Assembly (NCBI GenBank): GCA_035526025.1
Contig: DATLDE010000005.1
Coordinates: 125,690-189,689, forward strand
Direction: 5' to 3'
DNA from: Candidatus Limnocylindrales bacterium
Lineage (GTDB): Bacteria; Patescibacteriota; Microgenomatia; Levybacterales; UBA12049
Length of the DNA: 64,000 nt
Positions 17,918 to 27,661 of the stretch are shown here, one piece after another. The first letter of the stretch is position 1. Each line of letters starts with the position of its first letter. Made by a program: the position numbers and the translations under genes. The notes under the pieces were generated by a model. The model was not told where the DNA came from. It worked only from the letters and a program-made list of their open reading frames with translations, and ran no database searches.

Positions 17918-20749
17918 TCAAATTTGTCCAAAACCGTATTTGCTTTCTCTTTTTTTAAAGGCTTCTTCTCCACCTTCAAGAATATCTTTAATTTTTATAT
18001 TAATAATCGGATTTTCTATGGAACCACTTATGTATCCTTTATTATCATCTTGATCTAATTGAGAAACAATTACTTGTTCAGCGTCAGCATTTACAACAAG
18101 ATTTGCATTATGTGTTGATAATATAATCTGTCTCACTTTTTTGATTCTTTTAATAAGGGGAACAAGCTGATTCATGATAAAGTGATTATCTAAGTTATCC
18201 TCAGGTTGATCAACGATAAATATTTGCTTAACACTAGCTGTTGCTAGATAGATTTTTAGCAATAATGTCCCTCTTTGTCCTACCGACAGTTTTTCTGTAG
18301 GGATTTCTTTTAATCGTGCAATTGCCTTAACGTGAATAAATTCATGCCATTTTGTAAATATGAAGTCAATAAATCTATTTATTCCACCTTCATTAAAATT
18401 CTCTTCTTTAAGGAAACTATTCAAATTATTATTAATCCACAGAGCCAATGAATCGAGTGTTATGTCTTTTATGATACCTTTGTCTTTTCCAGCTATGATC
18501 TCTTTAATATCTTGAGCTGATCTTACTCTTCTCCTATCAACGCAGCTGTTTAGAATGTAGTTACAAAATATTTCTTGCTTAAAATCAATTGCTCCCTCAA
18601 TACTAATATCACTTATAATATTCTTAAATAATTCCTTCTCATCTGTTGAGGAACTGTCCCGAGAGCTAGTAAACTCTATAAACTTCTCATCTATTATATC
18701 CTTGCTCAGTTTAACTTCTTTTATAATCTCAGAGTATAAATCGTTTCTCTCTTCTATCTTTTTGATAAGAATTTTTCTTTTTTCTTCATATGTTACAAGA
18801 TCCCTTGATGCATTATTAATTTCTTTTTGAATCGCCTCTATAGATTGCACCAGAGCAGTTATATCCTCTTTTATACCCAATGTAGAAAGCTTTATCTTTT
18901 TTTCTTCAATGGATTTATTAAGTTGTGTAATCTCTTCCCATACCTTTTTTTGTAAAATTTTAATAGATTTTTCTTGAGTATCAAGTACTATTTCTGGAAT
19001 TAATTCCAGATTTTCCTTGTACAAATCTTTCTGTGCTCTATTTAAGTCTGCTATTTCTTTATTGAGAGTAATAGATTTAACTCTTACAAGCAGATCCTCT
19101 ATATCGCTTGAGAAATCCCTAAGGCGCATCTTTCTGTCAATTTCTTTACTTATTTCTTCTAACAACTTCTTCGTTTCCTCTGATGAGAGTGTTTTCTTCT
19201 GAATTGATTTTCTATCAATATAGTTCCTTAACCATTGTTCAAAAGAAATTTGTTTTTTAAAATCAGGATATTTTTGATGTATATCAATAATTTCTTCTCT
19301 TATTATGTTGACGTCTGCTATTAAATTCCTTGCTACTTCGATTAATTGAGGCTTCTCAATATCTGAAAAATTTAAACTGATTAGCTCGCATACTTTTAAA
19401 GTAAGCTCTTTATCGTCTGTAGCTATCAAACTGAGTTGTTCTTGTCCAATGTACAAAAATGGTAAACTTAAGCTTTCAGAATCATCTAAAGTTTTCCCAA
19501 ACTCTTCTTGATTATTATCTTTATCAATCAATTTTGCCTTCAATGAAAATCCTGGAGAAGGATTTTTTAATTCAACGTTATCTCTATAAAATTCAATTAA
19601 CTTAGGCTTACCATTTTGGTCAGCTTTAGCATGTTCTTCATTTAAAAATGCAACTAAGTCTAAAAAAGCACTCTTTCCGCTTCCCCGGCCTCCAATGATT
19701 GTTACTAGCTCCCTGTTAAGGTAGAATTCTGCATTTGGGACGATAAAATTAACACTACCCTCTAAACTTATTTCATCAATATAAACTTTTTTTCTATCTT
19801 CAAAAGGGGATAGTTTCTGTATCTTAACTCTTTCTCCTGGTTCGTAAATGATTTGCTTTAAACCATCAAAGGTGGTGTCTGCTTTGATCCAACAAAATCT
19901 CATATCACAAGTGTCTGAACTTAAACTACAAGTGTGCCCTCTTTCTCCTCTCCTTGCGCAGGGTAACCCGATTTGCTCCAAGCTATGTGCATCTGAACCG
20001 TGGATGCAGGATTTTAGATTTCCATGTTTTCTGATAATTTCATCTTTATTATCAACGCCATTTCCTAAAAAATACGTAAAATCGTTTGGATTTCCAGAAA
20101 AAATACAGTGAGAAAACCTATAAATTTCTTGTCTTGTAGCGGATAAGCTAGAATGCTGAATCCCTGAGTTGCCATCCCTACTACTATTGGATACTACAAT
20201 TACAGAGTTATCTCTTAGTTCTTTATCTTTGGAAAAAATTTGCTGTAAGTTTGTAAGGTTTGTTTTAAATTGATTGACGCCCGCTTCATATGAAGCTTGC
20301 TCTGACAATGTTTCATCATTTGAATACTTCCTTCCTAGATTAATTAAATTGTCCTTAATACATTTATATGTTTCTCCTTGATATGTAAACTCAAGGCTGG
20401 AAAAAAATTTACTTTCTAAGGTATCGACGATTGAGGGATTAAAAATAATATGTAAATTTATTGGTGTTGACGTATCCGTTACTGGAACAATCCTTAATTC
20501 TACGTTTGGAAGAATCAAATCAATATTGGTTAAGTTACTATTATCTCTAATATATTTATATCCATCTACAGAAAAATAATCAGTTATCCCTACAACTGCA
20601 GTATCAGTTAATGTAGATAATTTTTCTAAGTACTTTTCCCATTTCTCTTCTATGGAAGACCCTTCAAATTGATTGTTGAGCGCAGAAACAGGAGAATGGA
20701 TATGCAAATCCCATTTTCTCCATTCAGATCCGCGTATGTATTTATCCAT
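17918..20749 (-). CDS. PHP-domain phosphoesterase fused to SMC/Rad50-like ABC ATPase with coiled-coil insert
   Basis: 943 aa; N-term 'WDLHIHSPVS...GITDYF...HGSDAHS' gives PHP motifs; 'IIGGRGSGKS' Walker A; a roughly 250-aa K/E-rich coiled coil; 'LSVGQRG' ABC signature; 'IFIVDQPEDNLD' Walker B/D-loop; 'LSTHNANL' H-loop. Confidence 0.7.
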   Translation of the reverse strand: MDKYIRGSEWRKWDLHIHSPVSALNNQFEGSSIEEKWEKYLEKLSTLTDTAVVGITDYFSVDGYKYIRDNSNLTNIDLILPNVELRIVPVTDTSTPINLHIIFNPSIVDTLESKFFSSLEFTYQGETYKCIKDNLINLGRKYSNDETLSEQASYEAGVNQFKTNLTNLQQIFSKDKELRDNSVIVVSNSSRDGNSGIQHSSLSATRQEIYRFSHCIFSGNPNDFTYFLGNGVDNKDEIIRKHGNLKSCIHGSDAHSLEQIGLPCARRGERGHTCSLSSDTCDMRFCWIKADTTFDGLKQIIYEPGERVKIQKLSPFEDRKKVYIDEISLEGSVNFIVPNAEFYLNRELVTIIGGRGSGKSAFLDLVAFLNEEHAKADQNGKPKLIEFYRDNVELKNPSPGFSLKAKLIDKDNNQEEFGKTLDDSESLSLPFLYIGQEQLSLIATDDKELTLKVCELISLNFSDIEKPQLIEVARNLIADVNIIREEIIDIHQKYPDFKKQISFEQWLRNYIDRKSIQKKTLSSEETKKLLEEISKEIDRKMRLRDFSSDIEDLLVRVKSITLNKEIADLNRAQKDLYKENLELIPEIVLDTQEKSIKILQKKVWEEITQLNKSIEEKKIKLSTLGIKEDITALVQSIEAIQKEINNASRDLVTYEEKRKILIKKIEERNDLYSEIIKEVKLSKDIIDEKFIEFTSSRDSSSTDEKELFKNIISDISIEGAIDFKQEIFCNYILNSCVDRRRVRSAQDIKEIIAGKDKGIIKDITLDSLALWINNNLNSFLKEENFNEGGINRFIDFIFTKWHEFIHVKAIARLKEIPTEKLSVGQRGTLLLKIYLATASVKQIFIVDQPEDNLDNHFIMNQLVPLIKRIKKVRQIILSTHNANLVVNADAEQVIVSQLDQDDNKGYISGSIENPIINIKIKDILEGGEEAFKKRESKYGFGQI

Positions 20750-20839
20750 TGTTTATAATTCTTTCTAAGGAATTGTAACACTTTCTTATTTGATTTGATA
20801 TAATTCATTCTACAACTTAATGAGAAACATATTAAAAAA

Positions 20840-21076
20840 GTGATATACTATCCATATATGATTAGCAAACAGGAAGAAAAAAGCAGAAAAGAGTTAGGTG
20901 ATAAGCTAAGAATAGCTCGCGAAAAACTTGATTTTACTCAAGCCGATGTTGCTGAAAAAACGAATATCACAGTGAATTATTATGCAATGATTGAGCGAGG
21001 GGAGGTAAACCCATCCCTTAGTAAGGTAAGAAAATTACTCATTGTTCTTAAAATAAACCCTTCTAAGATATTCTAA
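20840..21076 (+). CDS. XRE-family HTH transcriptional regulator
   Basis: 'DFTQADVAEKTNITVNYYAMIERGEVNPSLSKVRKL' Cro/C1-type HTH; divergent from the PHP-ATPase gene. Confidence 0.7.
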   Translation: MIYYPYMISKQEEKSRKELGDKLRIAREKLDFTQADVAEKTNITVNYYAMIERGEVNPSLSKVRKLLIVLKINPSKIF

Positions 21077-21091
21077 CTGATTCCAAGTGGA

Positions 21092-21370
21092 TTAATTTAC
21101 TATTTTTGATTTTACTTTGTTCTTTACCTCAAATCGTTTCTTTAACCCCTGAACAAAAAGTTGTAATACTTTTGAAAAAATTATTGCATTTTCTTCAGAT
21201 GCATTTTCATGATCAACTTCTTCTAAGATTTTAAGAACGTCTTCTTTTAAAGAAATATCATACTTCTCTACCAAGGCAATATTATAACCTTGCTTGATTT
21301 TACTAGCATTCTCTTTAATCCAATCTTTTGAAAGTTCGTATTTAGCCATATGCCCCCTATTATATAACAC
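21092..21370 (-). CDS. Hypothetical small protein
   Basis: 92 aa, no motif; first of six co-directional small ORFs. Confidence 0.35.
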   Translation of the reverse strand: MLYNRGHMAKYELSKDWIKENASKIKQGYNIALVEKYDISLKEDVLKILEEVDHENASEENAIIFSKVLQLFVQGLKKRFEVKNKVKSKIVN

Positions 21371-21524
21371 TTTCTTCCTCTTCGGATTCTTGATATACTT
21401 TCCTCAGGTGATCCCAGAAAGCTAAAATTCGTTCGAATAGACTGTATTCAGGGTCACAGTGAGGCTAAATAACATACCCCAAGTTGTTTAGCATAAAATT
21501 ATCGTGGCTGTTTGGTTCCAAAAA

Positions 21525-22043
21525 TTACTGACCAGAAAGTGGTTTTTCTGGAATAGTGATACACACCTCACAATTAGGATCATCACATTTCGATTCTAGC
21601 CATATATTACATTTGGGACAGAAATACCTATCGTATTTCTCATAATAAATCCTTAACGTTTTACAATTCTTACATTTTTGAAAATCAATAAATCCTCGAA
21701 CCTCAATCTTTCCAATTCTAACTATATTATTACTTTCAGAAATATTAAGCTCTTTAAGAGAATTATAGGTAGTTACCACTTCGCCTACATCATCCTTAAT
21801 TCCTTCCATTTCAATCCAATTAAGAAGTAAATTTGGATATTCGTACCCTGCTTGCTCTTTTGCCTCTTTAATTGATTTATACCTGGTATCAGTTACGAAC
21901 TCTCCATCGCGTGTATATCTATCTAAGTAATAAGCACTATCTTTTTCTTCAATTACAAGTATTTCTACTATTTCACTCGCATCGTATGGATTGGATCTTT
22001 CTTCTTTAACTGCAACTATAGCGTATTCTCTAATTCTTTTCAT
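21525..22043 (-). CDS. Hypothetical protein with C-terminal Cys-rich zinc ribbon
   Basis: 172 aa; 'CKNCKTLRIYYEKYDRYFCPKCNIWLESKCDDPNCEVC'. Confidence 0.4.
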   Translation of the reverse strand: MKRIREYAIVAVKEERSNPYDASEIVEILVIEEKDSAYYLDRYTRDGEFVTDTRYKSIKEAKEQAGYEYPNLLLNWIEMEGIKDDVGEVVTTYNSLKELNISESNNIVRIGKIEVRGFIDFQKCKNCKTLRIYYEKYDRYFCPKCNIWLESKCDDPNCEVCITIPEKPLSGQ

Positions 22044-22088
22044 GCAGTAATTATATCAAAACAAAAATAAATCCTTGATATAAATAAC

Positions 22089-22436
22089 TTACGTTTGGGT
22101 TGAGTATTTTTCTACAATAGCTTCGCATGCATCAAGCATATCGGGTTTCATAACTTTAATATATTCTTCTAACTCAGAATCAAGTTTTTTAAGTGCATCT
22201 TTGTTCCATTTTTCTCGCACTTCTTCATCTAGTGGTATGTGATCAGTATCATCAGCTACTAACATAAAAATGTCAAATAATTCATCATCAGAGTAATCAG
22301 TTTGATACCTATATGTTTCAATTTTACGACTTCCAGCTGCAAGATTTATCTTTCCATCTATCATATTCTTCGCTATTTCTATAATCTTGTTAGCAGACTC
22401 TTTTTTGATTTGTTCAGGCAATGATGTCATATGCAA
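22089..22436 (-). CDS. Hypothetical acidic small protein
   Basis: 115 aa; acidic, helical-looking. Confidence 0.35.
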   Translation of the reverse strand: MHMTSLPEQIKKESANKIIEIAKNMIDGKINLAAGSRKIETYRYQTDYSDDELFDIFMLVADDTDHIPLDEEVREKWNKDALKKLDSELEEYIKVMKPDMLDACEAIVEKYSTQT

Positions 22437-22477
22437 TTAATCTTTAATTCATAGATATTTTATTCTTAGTAAGTTTA

Positions 22478-22798
22478 TTATTCAACGTCCTTAATCCAAT
22501 TCGTCAGATAGTCCGGGTCTTTAACCAATTCTCCGGTACTCCGTAGTGTATACTCGCCTGGCTCTGCTCGTTTCCAAGTACTAAAATCAGGTGGAAGCGA
22601 GATTGTCTCATCTGAATTATAAAGCTGTATAATAACACCTTCTTTTTTATTCACTCGCACTACATTACCATATTTTTGTTCTTGCTTGATGACCGTACCA
22701 TCTTTTTTTTCATGAGTATATCCAACAATAACTAGCTTGCCTATTAACGTCGCAGCATAAGACTTGTCATAAAAGCGGTATATATCAGTTGATTTCAT
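22478..22798 (-). CDS. Hypothetical small protein
   Basis: 106 aa; no motif. Confidence 0.35.
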   Translation of the reverse strand: MKSTDIYRFYDKSYAATLIGKLVIVGYTHEKKDGTVIKQEQKYGNVVRVNKKEGVIIQLYNSDETISLPPDFSTWKRAEPGEYTLRSTGELVKDPDYLTNWIKDVE

Positions 22799-22849
22799 AT
22801 AATTAATCTGAATTTATTTCTCCTATCTTAATCTATTTTGATTCACATA

Positions 22850-23314
22850 TCATTGTTTTCCACAAATGATCCTATATGTGTTCCAATGTGAATCCTCTTG
22901 AATTGTGCATTGAAGCTTGTGATGTTTTATTTCATCTCTCAACCTTTCATATATTTTTGCAGCAGATGCATAATTTCCGGTATAGAAAATGAATTCTTTC
23001 ATCCCTTCGCCCATAATAGTTCCTACAAATATAGCAAGGTCGTCATTGGCAAATTCATTTTCTAATATAATTTCCATATTTAATAATTTCTCATTTTCTT
23101 CTTTTGATGGAAAACCCTTATTGTCGCTATAAAGTGATGTTGCTATCCCGATTTGATAAGGATACTTGCCACTCTTGGCATATTTCCATTGATTATCTTT
23201 AACTCGCAATAAATACGTCTTTCCATTTTCCTTCATTTCTGCAATAGAATATGTATCTTCAGATTGGCTGACTTTTCTAGGTTTCTTATTTTTGTTAAAT
23301 GTTTTTGAAAACAT
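22850..23314 (-). CDS. Hypothetical protein
   Basis: 154 aa; stop lies 3 nt from the next gene's start. Confidence 0.35.
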   Translation of the reverse strand: MFSKTFNKNKKPRKVSQSEDTYSIAEMKENGKTYLLRVKDNQWKYAKSGKYPYQIGIATSLYSDNKGFPSKEENEKLLNMEIILENEFANDDLAIFVGTIMGEGMKEFIFYTGNYASAAKIYERLRDEIKHHKLQCTIQEDSHWNTYRIICGKQ

Positions 23315-23316
23315 AA

Positions 23317-23613
23317 TTACTTTTTTTGATTATCATTCCACCATCCTAGTATTTCCTCTGCAACATCTAAATCTGGCTTTGTAGAATGCAGACCATAACC
23401 ATCAGCAATTAATTTACCAATCAATTCTGAAAGATCCTTCTTACTTGGGTTTTGGAATAATGCTTTAAGAATTGGATTGATCAAATCTTCATACTCATTC
23501 TTAACCCCTTCAGGAACCACCTGTAAAAAATCGTATTCGTTCAAAATATCCCGGACTGCAATGTGATATTCTTTATATTTACTCAGTTGTATTTTCTTAT
23601 TCATATTTTTCAT
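23317..23613 (-). CDS. Hypothetical small protein
   Basis: 98 aa. Confidence 0.35.
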   Translation of the reverse strand: MKNMNKKIQLSKYKEYHIAVRDILNEYDFLQVVPEGVKNEYEDLINPILKALFQNPSKKDLSELIGKLIADGYGLHSTKPDLDVAEEILGWWNDNQKK

Positions 23614-23886
23614 AAGTGGATTATAGCAAAGTGGCTAAAAATAACAATTTTAGTAGGTTTTAATAACCTATGGTAGTAAGAGCCGAGGATTGAGTAGCTT
23701 CAGGCTGAATAATACTTTTCCATTGCTGCAATGAACCTAGAATCTGGTTCACCATTCGTCATTATATTCCTCCGGGTAAGAACCCGATGGAGCAGGCAAC
23801 TCTGATTCATTGGGGTCATAGTTAAATAATGAATTCTAAAATAGTATGCAAGCTCTTCTACGTATTTCAGTTATAATTACAATGGA

Positions 23887-24879
23887 ATGATTAAAAATAC
23901 TTATAACAACTCCCGTTGGTTAGAAATTTTAAAGTATGGTAAATATGCTCCAACTCCTCATAACACTCAATGGTATTACCTACATGTAATCAACCAAAAT
24001 AAAGCATTAGTTGGAATAGATAGTTCCATTAGCATACCTTACACTGATCCCGATGATCAGTTTCGATTCACAGGACTTGGTGTTTTTGTAGCTCATCTAG
24101 AATATGCCGCAAAAGCCGCAGGATATTCTGTTCGGTCCACATTTCATGTTAATGATTCCACCTTTCCTGTTGAAGTGCAAATAACTAATACCATAAAACC
24201 TGATCCGTTACTGGCTAAGACTATTTTACAACGACGAACGAGTCGCTTACCCTACCAGAAGAAAAAAATTAGCGACAACGCATTAATAGAGCTCTTAAAG
24301 TTGTCTACAAAGGAGAATTTACTACATATTTCCTCTGACAAATTACTAGTAAGTGCTGTTATCAATCTTAATAACAAAATTCTAATTGATGAATTACGCG
24401 ATAAGGGGCTAGGAGACGAGTTGTCACATTGGATTCGATACACGAACCATGCTCAGGCACAGCATCAAAATGGGTTTACTCCCGACACACTCGCAGTCAG
24501 CGGGTGGAAAATTTGGCTCATCTTGAGATTTAGGTGGGTTGTAAAAATTTCATTTATGCGGCAATGGTTAACAAGACAGTATATTAAACAAAATATCACT
24601 GGCACGGTAGGCTGGATCTACAGTTCTTTCGCTACAAAACAAGATCAATATTACGCAGGCAGATTTATGATGGATCTCTGGATACGTGTGACTGAGTTGG
24701 GATTCTATATGCAGCCTTACGGGTCTATTATTACCAATCTATCCGCTCGAAAACAGTTTTTAAAAGCAGCTGGTCAATCAGAGGCGTATGGTAAAATGGT
24801 TTGGTTAGCTTTTCGTGTTGGAGTTTCTGATGTTCCAGCCGCATCACCACGCAAACCAATTGAGGAGTATTTACGATGA
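23887..24879 (+). CDS. Nitroreductase-family protein (double/extended nitroreductase fold, SagB-like candidate)
   Basis: 330 aa; 'GKYAPTPHNTQWYY' resembles the nitroreductase 'APSxxNxQPW' motif; second 'ILQRRTSRLPY' resembles the nitroreductase 'RRSxRxF' start; stop overlaps the next gene's ATG (ATGA). Confidence 0.45.
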   Translation: MIKNTYNNSRWLEILKYGKYAPTPHNTQWYYLHVINQNKALVGIDSSISIPYTDPDDQFRFTGLGVFVAHLEYAAKAAGYSVRSTFHVNDSTFPVEVQITNTIKPDPLLAKTILQRRTSRLPYQKKKISDNALIELLKLSTKENLLHISSDKLLVSAVINLNNKILIDELRDKGLGDELSHWIRYTNHAQAQHQNGFTPDTLAVSGWKIWLILRFRWVVKISFMRQWLTRQYIKQNITGTVGWIYSSFATKQDQYYAGRFMMDLWIRVTELGFYMQPYGSIITNLSARKQFLKAAGQSEAYGKMVWLAFRVGVSDVPAASPRKPIEEYLR

Positions 24880-26414
24880 AATTATCTGACATTATCTGGT
24901 TACCATTAGTAGTCTTAATTAACATTTTGGAGACATTATTCCTACGGAATGAAAATGTTTACAAGATTATGCTAATAAACCGACTTGAGCCTATTAGCTG
25001 GAATATTTCAAAACAACGAGCGGCAGCTCTTGCCAGAAAAGCATGCCGTCAAGTGCCCGCCTACCGTGACTACTATGAAAAAGCTGGAGTCAAAAACATT
25101 GTTGCTAGCAACTTTAATCAACTGCCCGTAACCGATAAAGAAAGCTTTGTAAAAAAATACGCTATAGCCAATCGTGTATGGAACGGCATAATACCCGACT
25201 ATGGTGTAACAGTTGACGAATCATCTGGCAGTACGGGTAGCCCAACTAACTGGGTTCGTGGCTGGGATGAACGGCAAACAACCAAGGAGCTTCTGCAACT
25301 TTCTTTTCATAGCACCTTTCATAAAGACAAAATTTTTGTTTTTAACGCTTTCGTACTTGGGGCTTGGGCTACTGGTATGATTGTTAGCCAATCTATCGGT
25401 GAAATCTGCATTATGAAATCCACCGGGTCAGACGCCGAGAAAATCTTGAATACCATGAAGTATTTTGGCAAGAATTATCACTACATTATCATGGGGTATC
25501 CACCGTTTCTTAAGAGTCTTATCGATGATAATGAGTTTGACTGGAATGGTTATAATGTTGACTGTATCTATGGCGGTGAAGCTATAACTGAACAGGTTCG
25601 AGACTACTTGGGAAAGACATTTGGTAGAGTTATCGGTAGTTACGGCGCATCAGATCTTGAAATAAATATTGGCTATGAGAATGACTTTACCATTGCCTTA
25701 CGAAGAGCACTCTTAACAGATGAGGCACTGCGCAAGGAATTAGTTAAAGATTTCGGTTCTCTTCCATGCATATTTCAATATAATCCACTAGCATACTATG
25801 TAGAGACTAATGAGAATAACGAGCTTTTATTTACCATAAATCGATCAGTAAATATATCTCCAAAAATCCGATACAACATACACGATATAGGCTATACGCT
25901 TCGCTACAATGCCGTTATTGACGTACTCAAAAAATGCAATCGTATGGATGTCATAGAAACTGCGCGAGCCAATGGTCGTCGACTGGTAAATCTACCAATA
26001 CTGTTTCACTACGGTAGATCGGACATGAGCATTAACTACTTCGGTGCAAAGGTAACACCAGAGGGTATTCGCCAAGCACTGAATGCAATACCTGAGCTGA
26101 GCCCACACCTTGAATCTTTCCAGGCTTTTAATGCCGAAAACGATCGCAAAGATAGTCTCATGGTTGTGTGCGTTGAGCTCACTGCTGGTGTTAAAGTCAA
26201 ATTGATTGACCAGGAAAAAATTGAGAGTAAGTTCCCTGAAGAACTCGGTAAGCTTAACGGTGATTTCTACAAAATGCTGTCAACTGCAAAGAAACATCTA
26301 TACCCAGAGGTGCGTATATATGAACATCAGACTGGACCCTTCGAGGGAGGCCATAAGAAAATCAAACATAGTTATGTGGCAACAGCTATCCAATACGACG
26401 ATATTCCTGTTTAG
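24876..26414 (+). CDS. PaaK/F390-synthetase-like adenylate-forming enzyme (acyl-CoA ligase superfamily)
   Basis: 512 aa; 'QVPAYRDYYEKAGV...QLPVTDKESF' and 'VDESSGSTGSPTNWVRGWDE' match the PaaK N-terminal and AMP-binding 'SSGTTGKP' motifs. Confidence 0.6.
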   Translation: MKLSDIIWLPLVVLINILETLFLRNENVYKIMLINRLEPISWNISKQRAAALARKACRQVPAYRDYYEKAGVKNIVASNFNQLPVTDKESFVKKYAIANRVWNGIIPDYGVTVDESSGSTGSPTNWVRGWDERQTTKELLQLSFHSTFHKDKIFVFNAFVLGAWATGMIVSQSIGEICIMKSTGSDAEKILNTMKYFGKNYHYIIMGYPPFLKSLIDDNEFDWNGYNVDCIYGGEAITEQVRDYLGKTFGRVIGSYGASDLEINIGYENDFTIALRRALLTDEALRKELVKDFGSLPCIFQYNPLAYYVETNENNELLFTINRSVNISPKIRYNIHDIGYTLRYNAVIDVLKKCNRMDVIETARANGRRLVNLPILFHYGRSDMSINYFGAKVTPEGIRQALNAIPELSPHLESFQAFNAENDRKDSLMVVCVELTAGVKVKLIDQEKIESKFPEELGKLNGDFYKMLSTAKKHLYPEVRIYEHQTGPFEGGHKKIKHSYVATAIQYDDIPV

Positions 26415-26703
26415 GTATTCTACTTTTAAAAAAATCTCATATTTATGAAGATTTATTGGGCAAAAAATGTTAAATAAAAATATGCCCCTAGCAAGGTCAA
26501 TAACAGGTTCAGAATAACTGCAAGAAAAATCTTCCATAAAGCTTTAAAAGAATTGCTAAAATTGCGCTTGATATCCAGAGAAATGAAGCTAGTGTAGCAT
26601 TTAGTAAAACATGCTTTTTTGCTATACAAGCTAGAACCTGCTCACGCAGGCAATTCTGAATCATTTGGGGTCACAGCGAAGCTAGATAAACGGATTTCAA
26701 CTA

Positions 26704-27432
26704 TCAATCACTATGCTCACACCGCTGTGGTGGCTCTAATTTAGGAAGCGTTGTCTTGTTATGAACGAGGGCTGCGTTGTTTTTCACATATACGAAATAA
26801 TTATTACTTCCTGAAACCTGAGGATTATATACTGTAATTGGTGTTTCGCTTTGAACTTCCTCGATGCTCTCAATAACTAGTGGGACAATCGCCTCTGCAG
26901 CTACTAATTCATCTCCTGCAGCAAGTTCTTTTGCTTTTTTCCAAATTATGTTTCCAGACTTTCGCACCCCCATAGGATGTTCAGATGTAACTTTTAGTGT
27001 CCGGTTAATAAGATAATACGAATTTACTTTATAACTTCTGCACATCTCTATTTTTCCAGAAACAATTGTATTTGTTTTGATATCAAGACCCATCACCTCA
27101 TCACCTACATCTAGAGCAGAAATTCTCACTTTCCCCTTTGAAGTCCAGACTTGTGTATCACCTGTAAAGCTACTACTCATCCCCATGCCTAAAGCAGAAA
27201 ACACATACTGCAAGCCTACGTATGTTATTGCAGTAATAATGAAAATTACTATTCCTATTTTCATTTTCTTTACCCACATGTTATGAGGAGTATGCCTGAG
27301 TGAAGACAAAATTATACCCAAAATTCCGATAATAATCAGAATTACTGAAACGGTTGTTGAAATAAAAAATAATGAACTAATGATGTTTAGGAAAATACGA
27401 ATTGGTAAATACATATTACTTAGTATAGACAT
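26704..27432 (-). CDS. Membrane-anchored Hint (intein-like/BIL) domain protein
   Basis: 242 aa; 2-3 N-terminal TM helices, then 'SFTGDTQVWTSKG..ISALDVGDEV' (intein block A-like with Ser1), 'TSEHP' (block B T..H) and C-terminal 'NNAALVHN' (block G His-Asn). Confidence 0.55.
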   Translation of the reverse strand: MSILSNMYLPIRIFLNIISSLFFISTTVSVILIIIGILGIILSSLRHTPHNMWVKKMKIGIVIFIITAITYVGLQYVFSALGMGMSSSFTGDTQVWTSKGKVRISALDVGDEVMGLDIKTNTIVSGKIEMCRSYKVNSYYLINRTLKVTSEHPMGVRKSGNIIWKKAKELAAGDELVAAEAIVPLVIESIEEVQSETPITVYNPQVSGSNNYFVYVKNNAALVHNKTTLPKLEPPQRCEHSD

Positions 27433-27661
27433 TTATTGAGAGTTTTGTAAGCGTGTTGGTTTCAAGCTTCCACTGGAAGTAATTGCTGACAACTCTTCTA
27501 CTTTAAACTTTAAAAAGTTTTCTATCATACAAATGAACTATCTGAATTTAATTTCAACTGCCAAAGATCGGGGTCACACATTTTGTAATTTTCCGCCCAG
27601 ACCGATTGGGTCTATTTTCATATACTGCGGCAGTACTGCCGCTAATTATTATGAAATCTGT

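Noticed and set aside
21425-21445. tRNA-like 'GTTCGAATAG' T-loop-like string
   Set aside because: No acceptor, D or anticodon stems can be formed around it.
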